Shown piece after piece: positions 51,453 through 64,000 of a stretch of 64,000 nucleotides of DNA. Under the pieces are notes generated by a model that saw nothing but the letters and a program-made list of their open reading frames with translations, did no database searches and had not been told where the DNA came from. This stretch comes from Candidatus Bathyarchaeota archaeon. GTDB taxonomy: Archaea; Thermoproteota; Bathyarchaeia; Bathyarchaeales; Bathycorpusculaceae. Every line of letters begins with the position of its first letter. Within the stretch, counting starts at the first letter, position 1. The stretch covers positions 582,590 to 646,589 of the forward strand of contig CAWHVC010000005.1 of NCBI GenBank assembly GCA_963832745.1, given 5' to 3'. The position numbers were made by a program, and so were the translations under genes.

Positions 51453-52253
51453 ATGAAAATCGGAACTAAAATGCTATTATCATACCTGTTAATTGTAGCT
51501 CTTTTTGCTGCAATTGGTACAGCCATAACCATAAACACAATAAAAATGAGCGACCTGCAAGCTAAAGCTATCAAACAAGTAGAAATCGAAAACTATGCTG
51601 CAGTCTACCAGAAAGGCATAGACCTTCAAAGAGTCAGCTTTTTAGAAGGCCAACTATTAGACATTACTAATTCGCAAGCTGACCAAGCAACTGCTGAAGA
51701 ATTAATTAGCGCAACCGAGAATTACCTACTCGAAAACATTCCACAAGACAGCGAATTATACACTGAATTCAAGGCAAGCTATGACCTTATGCACAACGTC
51801 ATCAACCCAGCAGACGCCGTTGTAGATGACATTATCAACAACCAGATTACTTCACGCTATGAAGAAGTACCAGCCAAATACATGGTAATCCAAGAAGGTT
51901 ACACAAAGGTTTCGGAAAGCATGACTGACTTCCAAGTGCTAGCACTTGAAGAAGTCGAATCAGCAACCAACGAAGCAAAAGACTACGCAAACTTTAGCGT
52001 AATGCTATCAGCAGTAGGCATCACAACAATCGCTGCAATATCAGTTGTTATGGCACTGGTAATGGGCAAACGCATCACAAAACCGGTTAAGAATCTAACA
52101 GACATTGCAGGCAAAGTAAGCATGGGCGAACTTGAACACGAAATCAAGATTGACAGCAAAGACGAAATCGCCGATTTAGGTGAAGCATTCCAACGCATGA
52201 TTAACGCATTCAAAATGTCAAACGCCATGAACCACGAGGAGGAGCAAGCCTAA
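51453..52253 (+). CDS. TM-helical sensor-TM-HAMP protein without a signalling domain
   Basis: MKIGTK..TM; helical extracellular region; TM; ITKPVKNL...G.L...DEIADLGEAFQRM; ends right after the HAMP domain. Confidence 0.85.
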   Translation: MKIGTKMLLSYLLIVALFAAIGTAITINTIKMSDLQAKAIKQVEIENYAAVYQKGIDLQRVSFLEGQLLDITNSQADQATAEELISATENYLLENIPQDSELYTEFKASYDLMHNVINPADAVVDDIINNQITSRYEEVPAKYMVIQEGYTKVSESMTDFQVLALEEVESATNEAKDYANFSVMLSAVGITTIAAISVVMALVMGKRITKPVKNLTDIAGKVSMGELEHEIKIDSKDEIADLGEAFQRMINAFKMSNAMNHEEEQA

Positions 52254-52254
52254 A

Positions 52255-52479
52255 ATGACAATCGACCAGCAAGTCTTAGAAGTATTAACTAAACAAATGG
52301 GACCGGCAGCAAAAGGATTCCTTGACAGGCAATGCAAAGCACACCTCAAAAAAGAACCGGCAGCGCTTCAAAAAAGCGACCTTGACGAGTTGGCAAAATG
52401 GTGCCAAATCGGAACCCAACTCGTCTTAGGTGCTCAAGTTGGAGAAAAAGTAAAAGCAGGCATATTGGCACTCAAATAA
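52255..52479 (+). CDS. Small helical hypothetical protein coupled to the HAMP protein
   Basis: GAGGAG SD inside the upstream gene; 1-nt gap; T-rich terminator follows. Confidence 0.75.
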   Translation: MTIDQQVLEVLTKQMGPAAKGFLDRQCKAHLKKEPAALQKSDLDELAKWCQIGTQLVLGAQVGEKVKAGILALK

Positions 52480-52522
52480 GCCAGTAAACCTCCTTTTTAT
52501 CCACCCTTTATTTTCAAACTTT

Positions 52523-53623
52523 CTATCCAAAGAAAAAGCTCAACTGTTTCTGCTGCGGCTGATCTTTATTAAAACCTGAAACCCTAACGCCTACACGCCG
52601 AATTTCCAGCGGCGACTCCGCGAGATATTTTTCGAAAAGCACATGAACATTCCGCTTAATCGTTTCCTTGTCTTTAGCTGACTGTTCAAGGGTTACAGAG
52701 CGGCTTTTTCCTGACAAATCAACATTAACCACATAAATTGAAACTGTTTTGAAACTATAACCTTTCTCCGCAATCTCGCTGTAAACGGTTTCAGTTAATT
52801 CGTCTGTTTTCTGCAAAATAAACTGTAAATCGCGTGTATCCTGTTTTAGCGTACCGATTTTGCTGATTGATTCAGCTTCACCTTGCTCGACAACAGGCTC
52901 GTTATCAACTGCGTTGGCAGCGTTATGGAAGTAAACCCCTAATACTTTGCCGAAAACCTCAATCAACCGTTGAACATCAAACCTTGCAAGTTCCCCAACA
53001 GTTTTGATGCCCATCTGCTCCATACGAACACAAGTTTTTTTGCCAACACCAAGCAGGCGGTCAACAGGCAAAGGCGCAAGAAAACCCGCAGCATCCTCAG
53101 GCAAAACAACGGTTAATCCGTCGGGTTTTTGGCTGTCACAAGCTATTTTGGCTACAAGCTTGTTTGGACCAACACCTATAGTTAATGAAATGCCAACCTG
53201 CATTTTAACGTCCTGCTTTATTTTTTGGGCATATTCGCGTCCTTTTTCGAAACTGCCTCCAACTTGCTCGGTAACATCTAAGTAAGCTTCGTCTATGCTG
53301 ACTTGCTCAAGACTGCCTGCGTAGCTACGGAAAATCTGCATTATTTTGTCGCTTATTTGCTCATAATATTCGTGGTCAACATGGAAGAATATGGCGTCTG
53401 TGCCTTCAAGTTTACGTTTAGCCATAAAAAGGGGCAAACCAGATTTTACACCGTACTTGCGGGCTACGTAGTTGCTGGTGGATACGGCGCCGCTTTCTTC
53501 GGTGCGTCCAGAATAAACCCCAACCACTATTGGCTTGTCCTTGATGGCGGGGTTTCTTAGTTCTTCGCATTGCGCAAAAAAATAGTCAAAATCGGCAAGC
53601 ATTACAACACGGTTTTGAACCAT
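52523..53623 (-). CDS. dinB: Y-family DNA polymerase IV
   Basis: DFDYFFAQCE, NYVARKYGV, SIDEAYLD, KLVAKIA..QKPDG, RRVGVR. Confidence 0.95.
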   Translation of the reverse strand: MVQNRVVMLADFDYFFAQCEELRNPAIKDKPIVVGVYSGRTEESGAVSTSNYVARKYGVKSGLPLFMAKRKLEGTDAIFFHVDHEYYEQISDKIMQIFRSYAGSLEQVSIDEAYLDVTEQVGGSFEKGREYAQKIKQDVKMQVGISLTIGVGPNKLVAKIACDSQKPDGLTVVLPEDAAGFLAPLPVDRLLGVGKKTCVRMEQMGIKTVGELARFDVQRLIEVFGKVLGVYFHNAANAVDNEPVVEQGEAESISKIGTLKQDTRDLQFILQKTDELTETVYSEIAEKGYSFKTVSIYVVNVDLSGKSRSVTLEQSAKDKETIKRNVHVLFEKYLAESPLEIRRVGVRVSGFNKDQPQQKQLSFFFG

Positions 53624-53625
53624 AT

Positions 53626-54492
53626 TTAACCTCCTTTAAATTTAGGCAACAACCATGACCCGTCACATGGTGCAGTGTTTAGGCGTTCCAGACCTTCGCG
53701 ACAACAACCAAACTTTAATCCTTCTGCATCAGCACAGTCCCTTACACCTTTCAAAATCTTTTGGCGCATATCCCTTGGCAACAAAATGTTCCCACCTACC
53801 CGTTCACCATCCTTGAAGTAGAGGGATTTGAGTTTTTCTGCCACATCTGGCAACGCTGTTGAGAGTCGTTTCCAATTGTCGGGCTTTACTTTGTAGGTTG
53901 AGCTGGTTATGTGCTTAACGCCCATGACTGCGAGGTCTTTGATTAGTTTTTGTGGTTGATCATTTACATAGGGAATGATTGGGTCGATGCGTACTGATAC
54001 AGGTATTCCTTGACTGATGAGGTCTTCTGCTGCGCTTAAGCGTTGGCTTGGCGAGGGCGCGTTAGGTTCCAATGTTTTGGCGAGTTGGTCGTCGTCTGTA
54101 GTGATTGTGAAAGCCACAGTGGATGGAACCTGTTTTAGCAGGTCATCATCACGTGCTACAAGGTTGCTTTTGGTTATTATTTGGATGCGGCAGTTGCTTT
54201 CCGCCAAAATTTCAAGACACCGCCTAGTTAAACCTGTTGACTGTTCAGTTTTCGGATAAGGGTCTGAGCTGTTAGAAAGCGAGATGATTTCGCCTTTAAG
54301 CTTGGGGGCTTCATGCCGTAGCCGTTCAAGCAGTTCCTTTTTTGGTTTGCACTCGCTGAAACCCGAAATGTAGCTTGAAGCGTAACAGTAGATGCATTTA
54401 TGGTCGCATCCCGTGTAGGGGTTAAACGTGAGTTTTGGTGGGCAGGTACATAAGCCGCTTTGCCAGGGGTCAAAACTTGAAATCAAAGGCAC
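53626..54492 (-). CDS. Radical SAM protein (SPL-like DNA-repair family)
   Basis: NPYTGCDHKCIYCYA, SDPYP, TKS, LEPNAP, RIDPIIP. Confidence 0.85.
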   Translation of the reverse strand: MPLISSFDPWQSGLCTCPPKLTFNPYTGCDHKCIYCYASSYISGFSECKPKKELLERLRHEAPKLKGEIISLSNSSDPYPKTEQSTGLTRRCLEILAESNCRIQIITKSNLVARDDDLLKQVPSTVAFTITTDDDQLAKTLEPNAPSPSQRLSAAEDLISQGIPVSVRIDPIIPYVNDQPQKLIKDLAVMGVKHITSSTYKVKPDNWKRLSTALPDVAEKLKSLYFKDGERVGGNILLPRDMRQKILKGVRDCADAEGLKFGCCREGLERLNTAPCDGSWLLPKFKGG

Positions 54493-54578
54493 ACTATTTT
54501 CACTATTGATTGTATAGATTTTAGGGAAACAAAAACTATTCGCATAAAATAATTACTTAGCATTAAAAAGAAAACGGT

Positions 54579-54860
54579 TTATGCAGTTTTTGGAGTCCGG
54601 CGCTTTCTAACCAAAACCGCTACAGCTACAATCAGCACTATCACAACGACGATGGCACCGATTACTAGCGGCAGCATGTCTTGCGGAATGCCAAAGGTTG
54701 CAGGTTTAACAGTATAATCTAAAAATAAAACCCTTATTTCAAACATCGAAAGCTTTCAGGTAACTCTTGACGGAAAGCAATTAGACTACACCATAACGCC
54801 GGCGGGCGATTCTTGGCCATGTTTAAAGCCCTTGCAATTGGTGGGTGAAACCGTTTTTTG
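54579..54860. pseudogene. Apparent remnants of surface-protein genes on opposite strands
   Basis: Minus strand: ...GIPQDMLPLVIGAIVVVIVLIVAVAVLVRKRRTPKTA*; plus strand: KTLISNIESFQVTLDGKQLDYTITPAGDSW with no start. Confidence 0.4.
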
Positions 54861-55114
54861 ATGTATCAAACTTATACCATTTTTAGGGGCAACTGTATGA
54901 TGTAAACGGCTATAAGCCACAGAAAAAGTTTTAAACATAAACCGTTATCAAATTTTTTGGAGAGGAAAGGCTTTGAAGAAAACTCCGCTCTTCGAGTTTG
55001 AATTTCCAACATACAAAAAACGTCATGTTGGAATATCAGACTCAAATAAACATACAAGATAAAGGCACCCGAGAAGAAACAACATTAAATTGTGCTTTGA
55101 ATCAGCGTTTACGC

Positions 55115-55912
55115 TCAACGCCTGCTCTTTTTGGTAAAAACAAAAACACTTGATAAAACTGCGATTATAACAGTCACAGCAAGGGCATTGTATTCGGGTA
55201 TTGAGGTGGCGGTTGAAAATTCCACAACTAAATCACCCAAAAGCGGCTTATCATATTGAGAATGCATAACGATAGAAACCACGTCCATGTTGCCGTCTTT
55301 GCTTATGGTGTAGTTTATGGGGTTCCATTTTGTGTCTGTTTCTGTGGTGAAAGCTTCTATGTCAGTAACGTTGGCGTCAATGTGTACTGTAAAGTAGGCT
55401 GTTGAATTATTGCTTTCAGTTGACAGATAAGGGCTAATATTTAAGTCATAAAGAAACAAGTAGCTACCATTTACCTTCTGAAGTGGATGTTCATAATGAA
55501 TTCCAAGCGTAAACTCGTCAGCAACAGGACTTATAACTGCAGCAACCATTCCCCAGTCGCCAATTGCGGTATGATGCAAAGCGTATGGGTACGTTTCTGT
55601 GTAATTGCTATAGGGCAACTCTTTGCCGTCAAGTGATATATGGATGTTAGTAGTTTGAGGTGGAGTAGGGTAAACCATCGGAAGCGCACCGGGCAAGTCG
55701 CCGTTTAACTGCATGGGGTATGTGCCGTCAATTTTAGCCCACAAAGAACCGTTCATCAACACAACAGTGTAATTCACATATTCAACTGGCATTGAAATAG
55801 TGAAACCTGAACTGTCCTGCTGAGCGGATACAGAATTAACCTGCAATAGGCAAAACGGAACAATCAGGCTTAAGAGGCATATTGAAGCATAAAGCTTCCT
55901 CAAAGCAGTCAC
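55115..55912 (-). CDS. Secreted protein with PEF-CTERM-like sorting tail
   Basis: Signal peptide; C-terminal IPEY plus TM plus KKSRR. Confidence 0.75.
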   Translation of the reverse strand: MTALRKLYASICLLSLIVPFCLLQVNSVSAQQDSSGFTISMPVEYVNYTVVLMNGSLWAKIDGTYPMQLNGDLPGALPMVYPTPPQTTNIHISLDGKELPYSNYTETYPYALHHTAIGDWGMVAAVISPVADEFTLGIHYEHPLQKVNGSYLFLYDLNISPYLSTESNNSTAYFTVHIDANVTDIEAFTTETDTKWNPINYTISKDGNMDVVSIVMHSQYDKPLLGDLVVEFSTATSIPEYNALAVTVIIAVLSSVFVFTKKSRR

Positions 55913-56200
55913 CCATCAAACATCTTTTAAGCGGTCATTTATTTGTTTTGCAAACACCAAAGGTTCAAGTCAGATTTGGATAAATGATAAAATGTATATG
56001 ACGCTTTAAGCATAGTTAAATATTGAAGTCAGCAATCGATAAAAAAGAAAGAAGTGGCGACGTCTAACGTTTTGACGACAGTTAATGCACTGCTTTCTGA
56101 AAATACACATTTTTAAAAAATATTTTGAAAAATCAAGTTCTGGCGGTTTTGGAAAATAGAAACAAGATTTAGGATAGGATTAATTCCGATAATTGTTTTA

Positions 56201-58447
56201 TTGGCCTTAATCATTTCCATAAATTTGGTTGTAACGCCGGAACCTGTTCTGTTAGCCGCAGAAAGTATCATCGTACTAAACTTTTTTTTCATAACAGTTC
56301 TAAACATAATCGTCGCAGTAATTTCAGGGAATAGTTTTCTAAAGTACGGTTCACTAAACTTGCTATTGTTAAGCTGCGCCCTAATAATCAGCGGTTTAGT
56401 CTCAGTCATAAGCAGCATCACTGGAGCTGTTTCTGCAAATTATGGAATAACAATTCAAGACATCGGTTTGCTTACATCAGCTGGGTTACAAGTGATGAGT
56501 GCAATTGTAACCTTAACAACCACAAGCTCCAGCCAAAACATGCACCGCAAAATCGCTTTAACTGCAGCCTATACAGTAACAATAGCTTTCGTAATTTTCT
56601 TAACAGCCATGGCTCTGTTTAACTTGTTACCTATTTTTTTCATGAGTGAAGGAGCAACAATAATTAGTCAACTTTTCTCGTCAATCTCATTTTTCTTTTT
56701 TGTTTTAAGTGCAGTCCTGTTTTTATGGCAGTTTTTACAGTCAAAATCGGAAACCCTGTACTGGTATTCATTAGCGCTTATACTGTTCGGATTGAGCGAA
56801 TTCAGCATAATATTCCAAATGCAAATTGGAGACATTTACAGTTGGATCACAAGAATCGCATTGTATGTTGGAGGAGTGTACTTTTTAATTGCCTTAACAA
56901 GACAGAACATTGGACAAAAACATGATGAAATAACCGAAAGATGGGCAACAGCATTTAGCACTGACCAAAAACAGTTAGCGGCGTTATTTAGCAACATGCT
57001 TAACTCTTTTGCTTACTGCAAAATAGTAACAGACGATGAAGGAAAACCGTCCGACTGGATATATCTTGAAATAAACAATGCTTTTGAAAAAACCTTTCAC
57101 CTTAAAAGGTCAGCAGTTGTAGGTAAAACTGTTAAAGAAGTTTTTCCTGAACTCGTCGCGGATAAAGCAAACTGGGTGAAAATCTATGGCAGGGTAGCCT
57201 TGACTTGTCAACCAGCCATGTTTGAAAGCTTTAGGCAACCACAACAGAAATGGTTTAACGTTTCAGCGTATTGCCCAAAAAGAGGCTATTTTGTCTCTTT
57301 CCTTGAAGATATAACCGAACGCAAAAACGCTGAAGAAGTATTAAAGGAAAATGAAGAAAGATTCAGGCTTGTAGCTGAAGCAGCCAATGTGCTGGTTTAT
57401 GAATATCAAAGGGAAACAGGCAAAATAACGTTGGCAAGAGGCCTTGAAGAATTAACAGGCTACAAACCAAGTGAAGCAATTTTCACTTATGATTGGTGGG
57501 CTAGTAATATTCACCCTGTAGACATCAAAAGACTGAGAGTTCAACTTAATGAAGCCCTTGGCAACCAACAGACAAAAGGTTACGTACTTGAGTATCGGTT
57601 ACGGCACAAAAAAGGACATTACATTTTTGTAAAAGATACAGCAAAAATTCTTAGACACAACAATTATACTCACATAATCGGCGGAATAAGAGATATAACA
57701 GAAAGAAAACAGTTACAGCAAAAACTCGAAGAATACGCTAAACATTTAGAAGCGCTAGTTGAGGAGAGGACAAGGGAATTAAAAGATAAAGAACGCTTAG
57801 CCGCTATAGGTGAAACTGCAGGAATGATTGGTCATGACATACGTAATCCCCTGCAAGCTATCATCAATGAACTTTTCATAGCAAGACAGAGTATGGGCGT
57901 TTATCCCTCTGAAGACATAAAGGAAGCCTTAGAAAGCATAGGCCTAATTCAGGAACAAACAGATTATATCAGTAAAATCGTTTCTGATTTGCAAGACTAC
58001 GCAAGACCATTAAACCCAGAATATGAAACAGTAAAACTTGGTGATTTAGTAACAAGCGTTTTTCAAACAATCAATATCCCAGAAAAAATAACGATATCAG
58101 TTGACATTAAGGATTCTCCAGAAATTAGAACGGACCCAACTTTTATCAAAAGAGTATTAACAAACCTAACCAACAACGCCATACAGTCCATGCCAGAAGG
58201 CGGCAAATTAACCTTAACAGCCTACAAAAAAGGTCCAGAAACAACCATAACAGTCTCGGACACAGGAAAAGGTATACCAGAAGATGTTAAACCCAGAATA
58301 TTTACGCCGCTTGTAACCACAAAAGCAAAAGGTCAAGGCTTAGGTTTAGCAGTCGTTAAACGTTTAGTTGAAGCACTTCACGGCAACGTAACATTTGAAA
58401 GCCAAGAAGAAAAAGGCACCACGTTCATAGTAACTTTACCTGCTTAA
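56201..58447 (+). CDS. Membrane PAS-PAS sensor histidine kinase
   Basis: Multi-TM N-terminus; PAS/PAC (EDITERK, IHPVD, RDITERK); H-box GHDIRNPL; HATPase. Confidence 0.93.
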   Translation: MALIISINLVVTPEPVLLAAESIIVLNFFFITVLNIIVAVISGNSFLKYGSLNLLLLSCALIISGLVSVISSITGAVSANYGITIQDIGLLTSAGLQVMSAIVTLTTTSSSQNMHRKIALTAAYTVTIAFVIFLTAMALFNLLPIFFMSEGATIISQLFSSISFFFFVLSAVLFLWQFLQSKSETLYWYSLALILFGLSEFSIIFQMQIGDIYSWITRIALYVGGVYFLIALTRQNIGQKHDEITERWATAFSTDQKQLAALFSNMLNSFAYCKIVTDDEGKPSDWIYLEINNAFEKTFHLKRSAVVGKTVKEVFPELVADKANWVKIYGRVALTCQPAMFESFRQPQQKWFNVSAYCPKRGYFVSFLEDITERKNAEEVLKENEERFRLVAEAANVLVYEYQRETGKITLARGLEELTGYKPSEAIFTYDWWASNIHPVDIKRLRVQLNEALGNQQTKGYVLEYRLRHKKGHYIFVKDTAKILRHNNYTHIIGGIRDITERKQLQQKLEEYAKHLEALVEERTRELKDKERLAAIGETAGMIGHDIRNPLQAIINELFIARQSMGVYPSEDIKEALESIGLIQEQTDYISKIVSDLQDYARPLNPEYETVKLGDLVTSVFQTINIPEKITISVDIKDSPEIRTDPTFIKRVLTNLTNNAIQSMPEGGKLTLTAYKKGPETTITVSDTGKGIPEDVKPRIFTPLVTTKAKGQGLGLAVVKRLVEALHGNVTFESQEEKGTTFIVTLPA

Positions 58448-58451
58448 CCGC

Positions 58452-58703
58452 TTAATTCTCAATAGGCTTGGATGCAAAAACGCTGTCTGATGCAAGCGCG
58501 TCAAAACTTAAACGTAAAAGCTTATTTCGGCATTTGGAGTCTTTGCAGCCGTAAAGCAGCAAATTAGGATTGCTATAATTGGCAACCAAAACCTCACTGA
58601 TACACTTACAATCAGCACACTGCTGGGCTTTCACCTTATCGTTTAACACGTAACCTTCAACGAGTATAATGCTTGATTTGTCCTTAAAATAGTGAAGCAT
58701 CAC
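58452..58703 (-). CDS. Small Cys-rich hypothetical protein
   Basis: CADCKC...GCKDSKC. Confidence 0.5.
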   Translation of the reverse strand: MMLHYFKDKSSIILVEGYVLNDKVKAQQCADCKCISEVLVANYSNPNLLLYGCKDSKCRNKLLRLSFDALASDSVFASKPIEN

Positions 58704-58831
58704 ACAAAACTCTTAGAAAAAAGCCGCCACAGGACGTTGACAAAAACTTCATTTTCCGAATAAAAAGTTGCCAAAACTAAGTTAAAATGTTTTGTGACTA
58801 CAAACTAAAAACAACAAAAAAGAAAAAGCGG

Positions 58832-59392
58832 TTAATGTTGTTTGTTGCGACCACTGCTTAGCCACCAGATGAGCACAACTATTGCTGGAATTGCAAAGAT
58901 GACAGTGACCCAGATTAGTATAGTAACTATTGAGCCAACTACATAGTCAAGGGTAAAGCTTGAGATAGGAACATACCAGTAGCCATCGACGTAGACTTTG
59001 ATTGCGAAAGCAATGAATAACAACAGTGACACTGCTCCGCCGCCGTCTCGTGAACGATTATGCTTCCCAGATCGATGCTTCTCATGTTCAGGCAATCTTC
59101 TCCACCACAACCAACCAGCAATCGCAGCGACAGCCACAGGGATACCGACAAGTACAAGTTCCCAGAAAATAGCATGCAGAATAAACAGTACTAAGTTGTT
59201 CATTGTCCACATGCTTAATACCGCTGGGACTAAACCTGTTGCTTGGGCATCCGCGGTGAACCAGACAAAGACGTAGACTGCTGCTATAGCCGCCAAGATA
59301 GCTGCTACAATGAATGCTGCAAACATGACCAAGTGTTTTCTTATGAAAGGTTTCCAGTCAGAGTCTGTTTGAGATTGAAATGGTTCAGCCAT
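58832..59392 (-). CDS. Four-TM membrane protein
   Basis: Hydrophobic segments; GAGGAAGG SD. Confidence 0.75.
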   Translation of the reverse strand: MAEPFQSQTDSDWKPFIRKHLVMFAAFIVAAILAAIAAVYVFVWFTADAQATGLVPAVLSMWTMNNLVLFILHAIFWELVLVGIPVAVAAIAGWLWWRRLPEHEKHRSGKHNRSRDGGGAVSLLLFIAFAIKVYVDGYWYVPISSFTLDYVVGSIVTILIWVTVIFAIPAIVVLIWWLSSGRNKQH

Positions 59393-59413
59393 TATAAGCC
59401 CTTCCTCTTCAGT

Positions 59414-60055
59414 TTAAACTTGTACCCCGTTTTGGTTAATAGTGTTTGCCTGTGTTGGCTGACTCGGCGGAGTGTAACCGTTGTTTTGGACAGTGTATTG
59501 TTGGTATTGCCGGCTCTTCATTGTGAAGAAGCCTATTGTAGCTATTATCCAAGCGACCAATATCAGCAACAAACCGATACCAAAAACTATTGTTAGTATG
59601 GAACCCAACCATAGCAAAGTAGCGGCAGTTCTAAACAAGGGCTCACCTGAATGGTCTGCAAGTGCATTGAATGTTGTTTTCAGGTGTGAAGCAGCAAACA
59701 CAAAGAACACAAACGCAACCACTATCCCAGCAAAGAAGGCTATTAAGCCAACACCGAAACCAGCAGTAAAAACGAAATCCGAAGTAAACTGAGTTGCAGA
59801 CCAAGCACCAGCCACAATTGCACCTATAGCTACAGCAACCGCAACTATCGCAACTACATAATATTTAATGCCTCTCAGTGCTTCACTGTAGATTTTTTCG
59901 TCCTGATAGTAACCTGAAAATTCTTTTAAGCTTCTAAGGAGCAGGATTAAACCGATTATTGCTAATATTGGACCAGCATAGGGAATAAAGAAGAGCCACA
60001 TTAATATTGAGCCTTCACAGGCCAAAGTTTTACTATATTCGAAATTTACGTTCAA
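59414..60055 (-). CDS. DUF996-like membrane protein
   Basis: GSIL..IPY.G.IL.IIGLILL; LFRTAA..W.G.ILTI; Gln/Pro-rich tail. Confidence 0.8.
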   Translation of the reverse strand: MNVNFEYSKTLACEGSILMWLFFIPYAGPILAIIGLILLLRSLKEFSGYYQDEKIYSEALRGIKYYVVAIVAVAVAIGAIVAGAWSATQFTSDFVFTAGFGVGLIAFFAGIVVAFVFFVFAASHLKTTFNALADHSGEPLFRTAATLLWLGSILTIVFGIGLLLILVAWIIATIGFFTMKSRQYQQYTVQNNGYTPPSQPTQANTINQNGVQV

Positions 60056-60253
60056 GGTTTTGCCTCCAACTTTTTAGAAACATATTATGAGACTTCAAGA
60101 TATAGCCCTAACATTTAGAATGCAGGCTCAAAGTGTTAAAAAACCAACTCTAAAGGTTAGAGTCACCCAAAAACACAAAAACTCACACAAGACAGGCAGA
60201 GGCAAGGGCTTGATTTATTTCTAACCTCGCCTTAAACCTCTCTGAGGATACAC

Positions 60254-60730
60254 TTGAAAAAGTCACGGAGCATAAATTCGGAATTACAGTCACCCAGAAC
60301 AAAACTGCTCTACTTTATTTACTCCGCGACGGGCAGTAAAATAAAATCTGAACCAGGCGTAAAATCAAACATTAGCTCCGCGTTAGGCTACAAGTCCGAC
60401 GGACATTTCCATTACGACTGGAACTACCTAATGAATGCGGGCATGATTGAAGAAAAACAAGGCTACTTCTCAGTGACTGACACGGGCAAGAAAGAGTTTG
60501 CTTTGTACGCGACTGCATCCATGAACAACTGGATAATGGTCATCATGGGGGCAGCAATCCTTGGCTTCACGGTCGGAATCAACTTGGGGTATCTACCAAG
60601 CGAAACTACAGCGTTCTTTGGGGGGGCTTTAATTTTCTTTGGAGCCTTGTTTTTGTTGATTGGCAAGAGAAGTAAACCTAAACTGCCATCTCAAGCAGCA
60701 GAGTTACTAAAAGAACTAAACAAACACTAA
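60254..60730 (+). CDS. Winged-helix-like protein with two C-terminal TM segments
   Basis: ISSALGY...YLMNAGMIEE...SVTDTGK followed by two TMs. Confidence 0.6.
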   Translation: MKKSRSINSELQSPRTKLLYFIYSATGSKIKSEPGVKSNISSALGYKSDGHFHYDWNYLMNAGMIEEKQGYFSVTDTGKKEFALYATASMNNWIMVIMGAAILGFTVGINLGYLPSETTAFFGGALIFFGALFLLIGKRSKPKLPSQAAELLKELNKH

Positions 60731-60940
60731 ACAACCCCTTTCAACTCTTGACTTTTTTAAGATAATGTTCCAAAGCGATAATTAAAAAATGTTGATTAGA
60801 AAGCGGTTAGTCATAACTAATAAACCAGACCTCATCAAAAAAACTTTGACCACACCTTTTCAGCTTGTCCAACACTACATATTTTGGAACCAATTAGAAA
60901 CTCTTACGAAACCTATAGAGAGTCTACCTTTACCGCCTCC

Positions 60941-61030
60941 ACCTATTAGGCGCCTATTAGAAATAGCATGCAAAAACCTATAGGGGGTAGGCCGCTAATA
61001 ACGGAAAACTGGGTTATTAACATGTTGAAA
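60941..61030 (+). repeat. Dispersed intergenic repeat, copy D
   Basis: ACCTATTAGGCGCCTATTAGAAATAGCATGCAAAAACCTATAGGGGGTAGG...ATTAACATGTTGAAA; degenerate partial copy at ~60890-60923. Confidence 0.82.
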
Positions 61031-61194
61031 AACAGTAGGAACCATTAAAGAATAAAGCAACATAAATTTAAAATTAAAAAATTTTTGCGAATCCTGTGAC
61101 AGTACTCCATGCATAGGCAACAATTAACGACGCTCAGTATGTGTGGAACCAATTAGGTCTCACCAAATATCGCTCGAACACTACCATTGATTGA

Positions 61195-64000
<2,806 letters not shown>

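Overview
Archaeal genomic window, most consistent with a Bathyarchaeia-like organism (inferred from the archaeal 23S rRNA with no adjacent 5S, an intron-containing tRNA, TATA/GAGGTG signals and gene content; not verified by a search). From left to right it contains: a phosphate-uptake locus (phoU, pstB, pstA, frameshifted pstC, two pstS, an AbrB/PhoU regulator); housekeeping and cell-surface genes; an operon of stand-alone sensor-like modules (two LytS-type 5TM proteins plus a dCache protein); an FtsX-type ABC system; an AT-rich, partly decayed glycosylation island (about 19.4-35.3 kb); tRNA-Ser(GGA) with an intron; a nitrogenase cluster; trxB, dinB, a PAS histidine kinase; and most of a 23S rRNA (5' end outside the window). 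The highlight is the nitrogenase cluster at 38.4-45.2 kb. It is a compact nifH-nifB-nifD-nifK-nifV-like operon with no nifEN, nifI or G-subunit gene. It is followed by a full-length NifH paralog that has lost both [4Fe-4S] cysteines. Both nifH genes share a TTGTGAA-N3-TTCACAA palindrome next to the TATA box, and the region is bracketed by two direct copies of a dispersed CCTATAGGGG-core repeat. All assignments come from motif recognition by eye; no database search was run.
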